A stretch of DNA of 64,000 nucleotides from NCBI RefSeq assembly GCF_009914755.1, contig NC_060925.1. The stretch is one strand, 5' to 3'. Of the stretch, positions 39,819-50,860 are shown piece by piece (the first letter of the stretch is position 1; every line of letters begins with the position of its first letter). The DNA comes from the human T2T-CHM13v2.0 reference genome, Homo sapiens. Under the pieces are notes generated by a model that ran no database searches, was not told where the DNA came from, and was given only the letters and a program-made list of their open reading frames with translations. Position numbers and translations under genes: made by a program.

Positions 39819-41301
39819 GCGGGGGGAAGCTGAGACCAAAAGTAACCAGGGCAGGTCCAGGAGTAGTAGCTAGTTAGTAGCAAAGCAAATGGAGAGCCCC
39901 AGTTTTCTGACTCCCATGCCTGTTGCGCCTATTCTTAGCATCTCTGCCTCTGACCTCACATCTCTAGAAGGCCGCAACAAACAGGGGAGGCAGGATGTAC
40001 CTACAACATTCCTTTGTTTTTTCCAGTACTCTACTAGTGTCTAAAATATCTTTGCTATAGCAAGCTAGCTTGCTTTTTTGGCAAGCTTGATTAGAGCAAG
40101 AAAAAGTGCTGAATTTCCAATATGCAAATTAAGTTAAAGGCTACCCAGGGATGAAGGAGCCCTACAGGAATGCTTTATTGACTGCTGCAAATTTACCCAA
40201 ATAACTATTTTTTAAAAACAACAACAACAAATAAATTGAGTTCCAACCTCCTTTGTTCTTCCCTTAGGAGTCACATGTTTTTCACCTCTAATTTCATATC
40301 ATTGTTGAAGTGGTGCATTGTGCATTATTTATAAATGGAATTCAAATGAAGGTGGCTACACTAAGAAACTAGAATTAGATTAATCACAAAATGTATGGCT
40401 AATAGCCATTTGCTCTTTAAGTGCTTCGTTTTAGTGGGTGTAAACAGGGAGTAGAATTTAATTTTCTTGGCTAGTATTAGCAGAAAATATATAAAATACT
40501 GTGTGTTCTTTCTATAGTTACTCCAGGAGTATTTGTGCAATTATAGCCTTTTTGTCCCCAAGGAAATCAATCTAAAATAAATAGTGAGGGCTTCTGAGAG
40601 GTATACTGACATTAGGGAGATTGTATTTTTAAAGAACAAGAAATTAGGTGGCTCAGAGAACAGTTCTATGTTGGTATCGTTGTACTACTTGGACTGGGTT
40701 AAGATGACAAACCTCTTAATAAGTACCAAACTTATTAAGCCCCCTTGCATGGTGTCTTAAAGTGTTGGAGCCATAAAATTTAAAATTTTAATCCAATTAG
40801 GCTCCTATTAACTCAAGAGATAGTTAGAATTATGGCTTTATGGGTCTCCCTGCTTCCTTCCTCAAAATGAGGGGTTATGACTTTGAACCACGGAAATTAG
40901 CTTTATCTATGAAGTTGGAAGAAGATCAGTACATTCAGCAGAGGATCAGCTTCTTCCCGCATTCCTGTGTGGACTTCAGGAACATGACACATTGCTCCAC
41001 AGCTCCTTTTGGTCCCCATGTGTCCCTCATTATTTGGAAGTCCTGGGCAAGCTCCGCAGGATGAGGGAGTATAAAGAAAATGGGCTGCCTAGCTGTTGTA
41101 AACCCAAGCTCTGGAATCAAGCAAACTTACGTTTGATTTTGGCTTGATCCTCACAGGCAATAAGAGCTGGCATAAGTAGCTTGAGATACGCCTCAGTTGT
41201 ATCTTCAGTAACATAGCGATAATATTGCCTACCTCCCAGGCTCCTTGAGAGGAGGAAATGATACTTATAAAGTTTTGGACACACGGCAATTGTCCAACTC
41301 T

Positions 41302-41355
41302 AAGAAGATTTTCTTACAAAACGGGAGAAGAAGATTTTCTTACAAAACAGGAGAA
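41302..41355. repeat. 26-bp tandem duplication
   Basis: aagaagattttcttacaaaac(g/a)ggag x2. Confidence 0.9.
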
Positions 41356-42156
41356 AACAAGATAGCTCAGGCTTTTGGAGTCTTTCTATGTGCCATGGGC
41401 TGTGTCGAGTGCCTTACTGTATTAGCAAAGTGATACTTCTTCCGTCTATTCAGTGGCAGAACCAGGGTGAAATCCAGCAGCCTGGCTCCTGAATGTGAGT
41501 GCTTAATCACAAAGCTTTGCAATGGGCCCTCCTTGGAGCAATGTGACCTAGCATAATGACCCAGGAACATTCTGTGCCTCCATTTCCCCATTAAAAAATG
41601 AGAACATAAGAAAAGCAAGCCTGCCACTAAGGTTCTGAGTGTCTGGTATGCTTTCAGACTGCCGTGGGCATTAGGCAGCTGACACATATATTCCATACCT
41701 CTCTTTAGGGTCTGTTGCCAGCCTGGCAGATATTTGTGGGTTTCTGATCAGCACCTTAAAGAAAACAAACAAAAATAAAAACAGAGATAAACCTGCAGTC
41801 ACTGTCTTTATTGGAGCAATTTCTAATTCAAACAGTAAGTGCTTGTGACTAAATGAAAATGCAATGGTAGTTAATAACTGTTATTCTCCTCTAATTTTAA
41901 AATAATGTGAAATCAGTTTAGTAAGACTGGAGTGAACAAGTATAAGGTGAATAAACTCGTACAAATCTCTACCACAGTCAAAATGACAGCCTCAGAAACT
42001 CATTTACAACTGTAGACTATATCTTCTGAGCTTTCAGAATAAGGTGGGAGTTCAAGTTCATGGTCTTATGGTCCAACTTTAAGATATATCCTGAATCAGT
42101 CCTTTTTTTTTTTTTTTTTCTTTTTGCAGGGACATCAATAACCCTTCAGTCTAATC

Positions 42157-42378
42157 CAAGGATCAGCAAGTTATCTCTAAAAAGTTAAAGATAGTAAATA
42201 TTTTAATCTCTGTGGGCCATAGTGTCTCTACAGCAACTACTCTACTCTGCTGTGTAGAGCAACAGCAGCCATAGATAATACAGAAATGAAAGGACATGAC
42301 TGCATCCCAATAGAGTTCTATTTACAAAAATGGGTGATAGGCTGAGTTTGACCCATGATTGTAATTTGCCAGCCCATG
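42157..42378. mobile_element. MER58A
   Basis: gatagtaaatattttaa...gtgggccata...gcaactactc...gcagccatagataata...ccaatagagttctatttacaaaaa. Confidence 0.85.
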
Positions 42379-42439
42379 GTCTCAACCACCGTGACCTTTC
42401 AACATCTTCAGTTACTGTTCTTACTCCTTCATTATGAAC

Positions 42440-42945
42440 CCTGTCTAACTAAGGTTCTAAAAGGATATGCCACTTCCTTGCCTAAAATGCTGCATTGCAT
42501 TCTTATTGTACTTAAGTTAGAAGCTAAACTTCTTGGCATGGCATCCAAGGTCCACATATTGGGAGCCACCTGTCAATCCAGTGTTTTCTCACGTTGTGCT
42601 CACTTCAGCTCACTTTATTTCTGTGTTTTTCAGCTTGTCAATTCAGGGCCTTTGCACACGCTGTTTGTTTCCTTCCCTTCAAAGTCCTCCTCCTCACTTT
42701 CTGCTTCCCAATCCTCCAATTCAAATTAGATCATTTCTCATACCTCCCATAGTATTCTACACTCTCCCTTCAGAGCACTTAACTAATTCAAAATTAAATG
42801 CTCATTATTTGTGCAAGTATTCATTTAATAGTGGTCTTCCCTACTAGACTTAGTGCCTTAAGAGCAGGAGTTAGTCATGTTTGGTTATCACATACTTCTG
42901 ACAAACAGTAGATGCTCAACAGCTGCACATTAATTGCATGAACAA
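42440..42945 (+). mobile_element. L2 fragment
   Basis: cttggcatggcatccaagg...cagggcctttgcacacgctgtt...cagtagatgctcaa. Confidence 0.65.
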
Positions 42946-43907
42946 GTTGTTTAGTTCTAAATGTTCAAATATTTTTATGAAATTCAGTCATCTTCCTTCC
43001 TTGGGAGAACAAAAAAATGTCTGGGACCAGGATGATTTCTTTTCTATGTTACAAATGGAGAAATAGGCCCAACAATGACTGTACGAGTTACCAGGAAGAG
43101 TTTGATTAAAAGTCCAAGCATGTTTTCCCAGCTTAGTAGTTTCCTGAGACACTTAGAAGTCCCACGGGTTCATGTTTGAGAAATTGCCATGTAATTTCAA
43201 CCTTGCCCTTGCTGATGTCTTTGGAAACCTTCCAGTCAATTTCCCAAGGCTGAAACCTTTTGTGCTGGAATGATGCTTATTCTGGGAGCCCTGATGCCAT
43301 TATCACCTTCATTTCGGGTATTGACCCAGCACAAGAATTGTACATTTACTATGTGCTAATTTTAAAAAGTTTACAGAGCTAGGCTCCTCTACAGATTTTC
43401 AAGAAGACATTTGTGGTTCTAGGCACCTTCTCTGGAATCATTAGGCAACAAATTTGCTTGGAAATTTCTTTCATTGTGTCTCGGTGGAGATGAAATATGG
43501 TCACTTGCTGGGAAGAAAACAACAATAAAAGGAGAGAAAAATCTTTCTAAGTGCTCCCTAAAAACAAGGAAATCTGATATGCAGACTGTGTGCTGATACT
43601 ATTATGAGACTTCTAACTCAGAGCTGTAACAGATGGGCGTTTTCTGTCTTTGGTGATAAGGTGAATGACTTCCCCCAGGGATGTGTGGGGAGAACTGCTG
43701 AGTTGGCCGTGTTGGTGCCAAGCATCTGGCTGCTGACAGGATTATAGGCAGAGATTGGCACTGTGGGGAGGGTGGGTTGATAACATGGAGACAGAAGACT
43801 GGAAAGCAAAAATAGCCCCTCTTTCTTATCCATCTGTAGCTGGAACTTTAAGCAACCCATTCTGAATAGTGAATGAGGCAGCCAAGAGAGGCTAAAGATG
43901 GGTACCC

Positions 43908-45570
43908 ATTCATTCATTCCTTTATTCATTCAACAACCATATTGAGTAACTGGTATGTGGCAGCTATTATGCTGGCTCCTGAGGAATGAATTCACAGCAG
44001 AAATGAATTGATTTTACCCTCAGGAGGCTCCCAGCTTGGGGAAGGAGATGAATACTGAAAAAAAAAAAATAAGCTTGATAAAGTGTTATTGTGAGCAGAA
44101 AAGGCCTCATAGTGATGGGAATTCAAGATAAAAATTTGAAAAGTCAATGGGTATTTCCTGTGAGGATGTAAGGACTGGGAGGGGGAGCAAGTATGATTTA
44201 GATAGAGAATGAAGCATAAACAAAGAAACTAGAGGGACCTCTCTAGTTTCCTCTCTCTCTCTCCACCCTCCACTGGTCCCTTGCTAATGTCATGCCCATC
44301 TGCTTGCAGTTTCCTTATGAAGCATCATCATTTTTTGTTTCTGCTCTTTTCCCATGGTGTAATTTCTACCTGGATTTCCTGTCCTTCCCCCTTGAGTGCT
44401 CCTGGAACAGTAGAGAGCTTTGTAGACCATGTTGGACAATTTGAACCTTATCTGAAGGCCCTGAGGAAATATTAAGGATGAATAAGCAGAATAGTTATGG
44501 TCATATTTGATTTTAAGAAAGTTCACTTTGGTTTTTTAAGGGAATGAGCTAGAATGTGAGGCTGGAGCACATTCGGAGACAGATACAATCATTCACTCAG
44601 ACGTATTGAGGACCTGAACTAGAACAGCAATAGTTGTCAGAGACCAGCCTGGGTGTGAAAGATGTTACAGAGATAAACGCAAACACAGCTGATTGGTTAC
44701 AAAATAATTTTTTGTCCTTTGATTGGTTGGGTAAATAATAGTAACAACACTGTATAATTGAAGAAAAGTGAAGAAGCAGAGCTTAGGGAAAGATTATTGA
44801 TTCATCGTGCGTTGGTGATATTGGTTTGGGATTCAATGTTAGAAGTACACTTTTGACATCCAAAAGGAAATGTTAGGTGGTGATGTCACATAGCGATTTG
44901 AAACTCAAGAGACAGAAGCCATGGCTTTTATCAGTTAGGATAAGCTAGGTTATGATGTAGTAAAAATAAAAATCTCAGCAGCTTAAAATAACCAAAGTTA
45001 ATTTCTTCCTTACTCTACTATCTACTGTAGGTCAGCAAGAGTGTTTTGCTCACTGCAGCCACTCGCAGACTCAAGCTGCGAGAGCAGTCACCATTTTGAA
45101 AGTCATTGGCTATTGGGCCAGAGGGAAAAGAGAGGTCTGGAAGGTCTTGTCTTGGTGATTAAATGTTTGACCAGAAAGTGACACTTGACATTTCTGCAAA
45201 GAACTAGTCAGTGGCCACACCTAGTTTCAGGGAGCCAGGAGTGCATTCCTCCTGGAAGGAAGGAGAGCTGGAAATATTTGGCAAATAGCAGTAATGACTA
45301 CCACAGGACCAGAAATAAAGACCTAGGTATGATCAGCATGTAGGTGGCAGAAAGGCTGTGGCAGTGGATAATCCCATAAAGCTACATAGAGATTAAAAAG
45401 AAGGAAGCTAAATCAGAGTCCTAGGAAAGCGTCTATATTTAAGGTACTTTGCATGGGGGAAATAAAGTCACAGAGAGAGGATGAGACGAAATAGTCAAAA
45501 AAGTATCAGGAAAACCAGAATGGCATCACAAAAGATTATGAGAACATTTCAGTAAGGGAGCATTTCAATA
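43908..45570 (-). mobile_element. Fragmented L2 (interrupted by an MLT1 LTR and an oppositely oriented L2 piece)
   Basis: cattcattcattcctttattcattcaac start, with purine-rich L2 body continuing after 45305. Confidence 0.6.
44928..45305 (-). mobile_element. MLT1I-like MaLR LTR
   Basis: tatcagttaggataagctaggttatg...ctcagcagcttaaaataacc...gaaatatttggcaaatagcagtaatgactaccaca. Confidence 0.8.
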
Positions 45571-45915
45571 GTGACTGACTGAATCTTTCTTTTGAACAGT
45601 AGCTAAGCTGCCCTGATAAGATGATGGATAGACATCTTTGTCTTTTTTTAAACAACTGGTGCATTATAGTCATTAATTCCTAGAGTTGACAGGGTCCTCA
45701 AAGGTCATCCAGCTTACCTACCCACCAAATATCAGAACCCTCACAATGACAGGTTACAAATCTCTATCTTAAATTAACCTGGAATCTTTCCCTTTGTGCT
45801 TGTATCCATGGTTCTGCCCTCTACAATCACAGTTAAAGGGAGGTTTTTATTTCTGTTATCCACTCAACCTTATAATATCATTGAATAGCAGATAGGGTTG
45901 ATGACAGATTTCTAA

Positions 45916-46143
<228 letters not shown>

Positions 46144-46226
46144 TGATTTAAGCAGAAAAGACAGGAGGTGAGGCAGGAGAGATAAGATGAGATGATATAG
46201 TATAATTTTTAAAAAAATTAAAGATT

Positions 46227-46360
46227 GGCTGGGCATGGTGGCTCATGCCTATAATCCCAGCACTTTGGGAGGCTCAGGTGGGAAGATCATTTAAGTCCAG
46301 GAGTTTGAGACCAGCCTAGGCAACACAGTGTGACCCCATTTCTAAAAAACAAAAAATTAA
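46227..46360 (+). mobile_element. Alu monomer (FLAM_C-like) with TSD
   Basis: ggctgggcatggtggctcatgcc...gaccagcctaggcaacac; TSD aaaaaattaaa(g/c)att. Confidence 0.85.
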
Positions 46361-46688
46361 ACATTATTAGCATAGGATAATATATACTCTATTTGGCTTC
46401 TAACTCTGTGAGCAGACAAATCACTTAACCTCTCTGAGCAGAAATGTTTCCATCAGTGAAATGAATGCCTGTTCTGTATTCCTCACCTGGCTGGTTGTTA
46501 TTAGAAAAGATGAAAGTAACAGCTATGAATAAAATTCATATCTTTAATACAAAAGGTGGGAAGAGATAAAATAGAAAAGAGGACAACACAAGATTCAGGT
46601 TGCACCAGTCATGGGCAGACATCAGCTACTCAGACCAAGAAACAAGCTGAGCTTGGAGGCCAGTAGTTGATTTAAGGAAACCCCGTCC

Positions 46689-47147
46689 TGTATTTATTGC
46701 CATAGTAATATTGTATAACAATAACAACAACAATAATCACCTCAAAACCCCTGGGTGCACAATGACAAACATTTATTTTAATTCATGAAGCTATGGGTCT
46801 GATGGATGTTCTTGTGTTATGAACTAGGTCTGGCTAATTTTGGCTTGCCTTAGTCATGTGTATACAGTCAACTGGCATGTCAGTTGTGGGTTGGCTGGTC
46901 TAGGATGGCCTGATGTAGAGAACCCTCCTCCATGTGGTCGCTGATGCTCCACTAGCAGGCTGGCCTGGGGGTGTTCACCGGTGTCCAGGAGAAGCCCTCT
47001 TGAAGCTTAGCATCATAATTGACACACCCATCATTTCTGCTGCCTTGTATTGTCCAAAGCAAATCATGAGACCAAGCCCATGTTTAAGTGGTATAAAAAT
47101 TGACCTTAATTTTTAATGGCATACATTTTTGTAATCAGTTTATCACA
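46689..47147 (-). mobile_element. MLT1G/H-like MaLR LTR
   Basis: ttggctggtctaggatggcc...gcaggctggcctggg...tattgtccaaagcaaatca. Confidence 0.7.
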
Positions 47148-47239
47148 ATCTTTTCTATGGTAGTCTGTAAGCAAGTTGAGAAAGTTGTTCAAATTCATAA
47201 GGAATGCTACAGAAATGGAAAGACCTCTCCCTCCTGCCG

Positions 47240-48143
47240 CCAAGGGAAAAGCCAACAGCCATGGAGAACAATGAAATGAGAAGCCACTTCCAGGGAGCAG
47301 AAGTGAGGTCTAATCAAGGAACTCTCCCCATGTCTGGAGTGAAAGGCCTAGAAACATTTACTCAGGAGGATTTAAGAGTTGCTATGAACCAATTCCTGGT
47401 GTTTACCTTCTGTTATGTCCCTTTTTTGAGTGGAAGTGTTTGTTGTAGTCGTTTTATTCCTCTTCATCATTGTATCTTTTGTGTTTCGGGGACATAACCT
47501 GTCTTTATATTCAGAGGCTGTGGATTATAAGCAGCTGCATCCAGACATGATGTCAATCACAAGATCTTGGTGGAGGTCCTGAAAGGGACTGAAACTTGAG
47601 AGAAATACTTGTGGCTAGAAGAAAGACTATGGTAGACTACAAAACTGGCTGCAAGTCATTGCTCCTCCCTGAATTCATGTTCTTTGCAGTGTGACCTTGT
47701 ATCCATTTCAATCAATAGGTGGAGCCTATTTTCCCATACCTTGAATCTTGGCTGGTCTTTGACTTGCTGTAGTTAATAGAATGAAAAAATATGATGGTGT
47801 GCCATTTCTGAGGCTAGACCTCAAGAGGTCTTGACAACTTCCTTTCTCTCTAGGGACTTGTGCTTAACCCATGAGAATAAGCCAGACTGGAACGCTGGAT
47901 GATGAGAGACACATGGCCCAGTCACTCATCACACTAGCCGACAGCCATACATGTGAGAAGCTAGTCCAGAGCTTCTCCACCAGGTGACCACAGATACTTA
48001 AGCAAGCCCAGCTGAGCAAAGACTAGAGCCGATCAGCAGGACCGTCCAGCTGACATGTAGACCTATGAGAAATAATAAATGCTTAATTTTTAAGCTGCTG
48101 AGTTGTGTGTGTATGTGTTACTCGGCAATATCTAACTAATACA
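47240..48143 (+). mobile_element. MLT1 internal fragment plus MLT1G/H-like LTR (LTR ~47628-48143)
   Basis: LTR runs tatggtagac...gaggctagacctcaagagg...aagctgctgagtt...aactaataca and is preceded by MaLR-internal-like sequence. Confidence 0.65.
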
Positions 48144-49402
48144 ACCTCAGTTTATTCCCCAGCATTTGGGAGACATTTCCACAACACCATGCCTTGCAGA
48201 TGAAGAAAACACAAAAAAGATAAAAGAAAGTCCCATCCTGTCAGCTCTGTTGTCACCATAAGTGCTAGCACATTGTGGCTGTCTCTTTTGAAATAAGCCT
48301 AGGTTTGTGTCGTCCTTCAAACCACTGTTTTGCACTGCTCTCTTTCTTCCTCTTTCTCTTTATCTCTAAACCTCTGACAGTCCTTCTCCCATCAGTATCT
48401 AGGGATATATCTAACAGAGTGGGAAAGCAAACAGAAAACCAGTGGCTTTGAACTTTCAAAACAGAAAAATACTGTCATTCTGCTAGTTTCCCTTCTCTTG
48501 ATAGAGAGAGAAGGAGAGAGTAAGTAATGACTATCTGGAGAATTCTCAGGAACGAGAAGTCCAGAAACACCATGCAAATGGCCTCTAGTATAAGGAAACA
48601 TGGGTTATTTTTCTCTTTTTGTTTTGTTTTGTACTTGCTTCTACTGGGAAAGCGAAGAATGAACCTTAAAAGACTCTGAAACAATAGGCGGCCTTAAATG
48701 TGCCATATCTTTAATGCTGACCAGTTAGGCATTTGGAGTATGGAGATTTGGGTATGGGGAGAAAACAGTGATAATGTCTAACTATAAGAAGTTAATAAAC
48801 TGAGAGAGAGGCAGGGCTGCATAAAGGAAAAGGCATGGTTTGTGGTCTGGGATCAGAGTTGCTAGCTTTGACTCTTCTTATACAACGTGGCCTCTCTTTA
48901 CCCAATTCGTTGTATAATCTTGGCCTGGTTACTTACCCTCAGAGTCTCTATCAGAAAATAGATATACTTGGTAAAGCTAAGAAGGAGTAATGTTGTGTTC
49001 ATTAGATGAATCAATGTATGTGCCAGAAAAAAACAGGGGGTTTCATTTTGCCTTAATTATTTTAGAAAGCAAGTCTCTGGGGTTCAATAGTTTATATTAT
49101 CTAGATAGTTTCAAAGGAATGCTTCATTTCACTTGAGTCAAAATAAATCTAGACACCCTTGAGAAAAAAAACTGACATGGTTTGTGTCCTATTATTTTAA
49201 TCAATGAGCTTGTGCTCCAGGTCTGTGCTAGGGACTACCATGACATAGAAGAGTAAGGTGTCCCTGTTCTTAGAGAAACAATTTGTAAAAGACTCAAGCT
49301 AGGAAATTGTTAAGTGGTATGTTTGTTGGTACTAACCACATGTGCTGCAGATATTTAAAGGAGGAGGAAACTAGAGTCCAGCAGATCAGTCTTTACCTAA
49401 TT

Positions 49403-49589
49403 AATGAGATATTCAAAAGGTAAAATGTTACAATTAAAATTCCAATTTAAAAAGTCCAGCCATACAAAGAAATAGGAAAATGTGATTCATAATGAGGAGA
49501 GAATGCGATCAATAGAAAGAAACAGAAATGATACAGATGATAAAATCAATAGAAAAAGGCATTAAAAGTTATAACTATTACCTATATGT
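49403..49589 (+). repeat. Local duplicate of L1 sequence at 54757-54818 + 55462-55597 (lacks the Alu)
   Basis: About 187 bp with roughly 10-11 mismatches by eye. Confidence 0.95.
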
Positions 49590-49735
49590 AATATAGGTTA
49601 CATATTAACCTATATGTAACCTATAAGTTACATATTAACCTATATGTAACCTATAAGTTACATATTAACCTATATGTAACCTATAAGTTACATATTAACC
49701 TATATGTAACCTATAAGTTACATATTAACCTATAT
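49579..49735. repeat. 30-bp AT-rich palindromic minisatellite (~5 units)
   Basis: Unit ctataagttacatattaacctatatgtaac contains the inverted pair gttacatat/atatgtaac. Confidence 0.97.
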
Positions 49736-50659
49736 TATGGAGGTTATAGGAAATGGGCCTAGAGTTGGGTCTTAAAAGATGAAGGAAGGGGGCACACTGG
49801 GTCCCAGTAAGACAAGAAGAGACTATGTGCTAGACATGGCGCTCAGTGATTTACATGTATACAATGCCTCATTTAGTACTCAGAAGAACTGGAAGAAGAT
49901 GTATTATTATCCTTGTTATAGTTCCACAGAGGTTAAGATGTTTACCAAAGCCACACAGTAAATGCTGATAGTAGGTAGGAAAACAAATGTCTTTGACTCT
50001 AAGGCTCATGTTCTTCTTACTGAGCCCTACTACTGAGCCCTTGTCCCAGGGACAAGAAGGAACATGCTGTGTTGCTTGTCAGTGAAGTGAACCACCAAGA
50101 AATACAAAGAATGTGTGTTGAAGAGCCCAGAGGTAATGCTGAATAGGTAAGGTGATGCCATCATAGTTTGGAAGGTCTGAAAAGAGTTGGAGCATCTAAG
50201 CATGATTTCTTGGGAGATACGGCCATTGGTGTTTTTTCTCAACCTGTCACTAGAGAGAGATACAGTCAAGCCTCCGTTTTCCTAGGGGAAGACTTGTTTT
50301 TCTACTCTGGGTGGAGAAAAATTATTAAAAAGTCTTGATTATCAGAATTTGGCCCCTAGTTTTTCTCATCATAACACAGTCCAGTATGTATGTTCTGAAA
50401 TATCCATGGGCCCGCCTTTGACTGATGCAGACACAGTGAGGATCTTATGGAAGAGACAGAGATGACTGGAAGAGGTTGAGTAGGGAACATGTCTGTTCCA
50501 GCTTTCCTAATACTTCATCATCGGAAGAGCCAGGGGTATAGAAAATGGAATTAAAAGCCCCAAGTTAGAAAACAATGGCTCCCTTATTTTGTGTCAGGGA
50601 GTCAGACTGGTAGAGTGCCAATAGGTTTCATCATGCTTAGAATTTGATTATCTAGCACC

Positions 50660-50860
50660 CTGTCATTCTCAATCCATTATCCTGATTTCTTCTCTATAGC
50701 ACTTATCACTTCACAACATTTTATTTTATATGAATTTGTTTATCTGTTATATAGATGCCCCACTGAAATATAAGTCTAATGATGGCAGGGACTTGACTTG
50801 TTTACTGTTAGCTTTCCAGAACCTGAAAATACTGCCTGGTACCAATAAATATTTGTTAGG
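50660..50860 (+). mobile_element. L2 3' end
   Basis: ctctatagcacttatcac...ggcagggacttgacttgtt...tgcctggtaccaataaatatttgtt. Confidence 0.7.

Noticed and set aside
49579-49735. 30-bp palindromic repeats superficially like a CRISPR array
   Set aside because: No unique spacers, head-to-tail tandem units, eukaryotic context.
50432-50470. RSS heptamer CACAGTG (also in the Alu units at 54915, 55083, 55251, 55419)
   Set aside because: No acceptable nonamer at 12- or 23-bp spacing at 50432. The Alu-unit copies are ordinary Alu-derived sequence and were not scored formally.
50484-50499. Steroid-receptor-like palindrome ggaaca-tgtc-tgttcc
   Set aside because: Spacer is 4 bp rather than 3; only a lone p53-family half-site remains, expected by chance.
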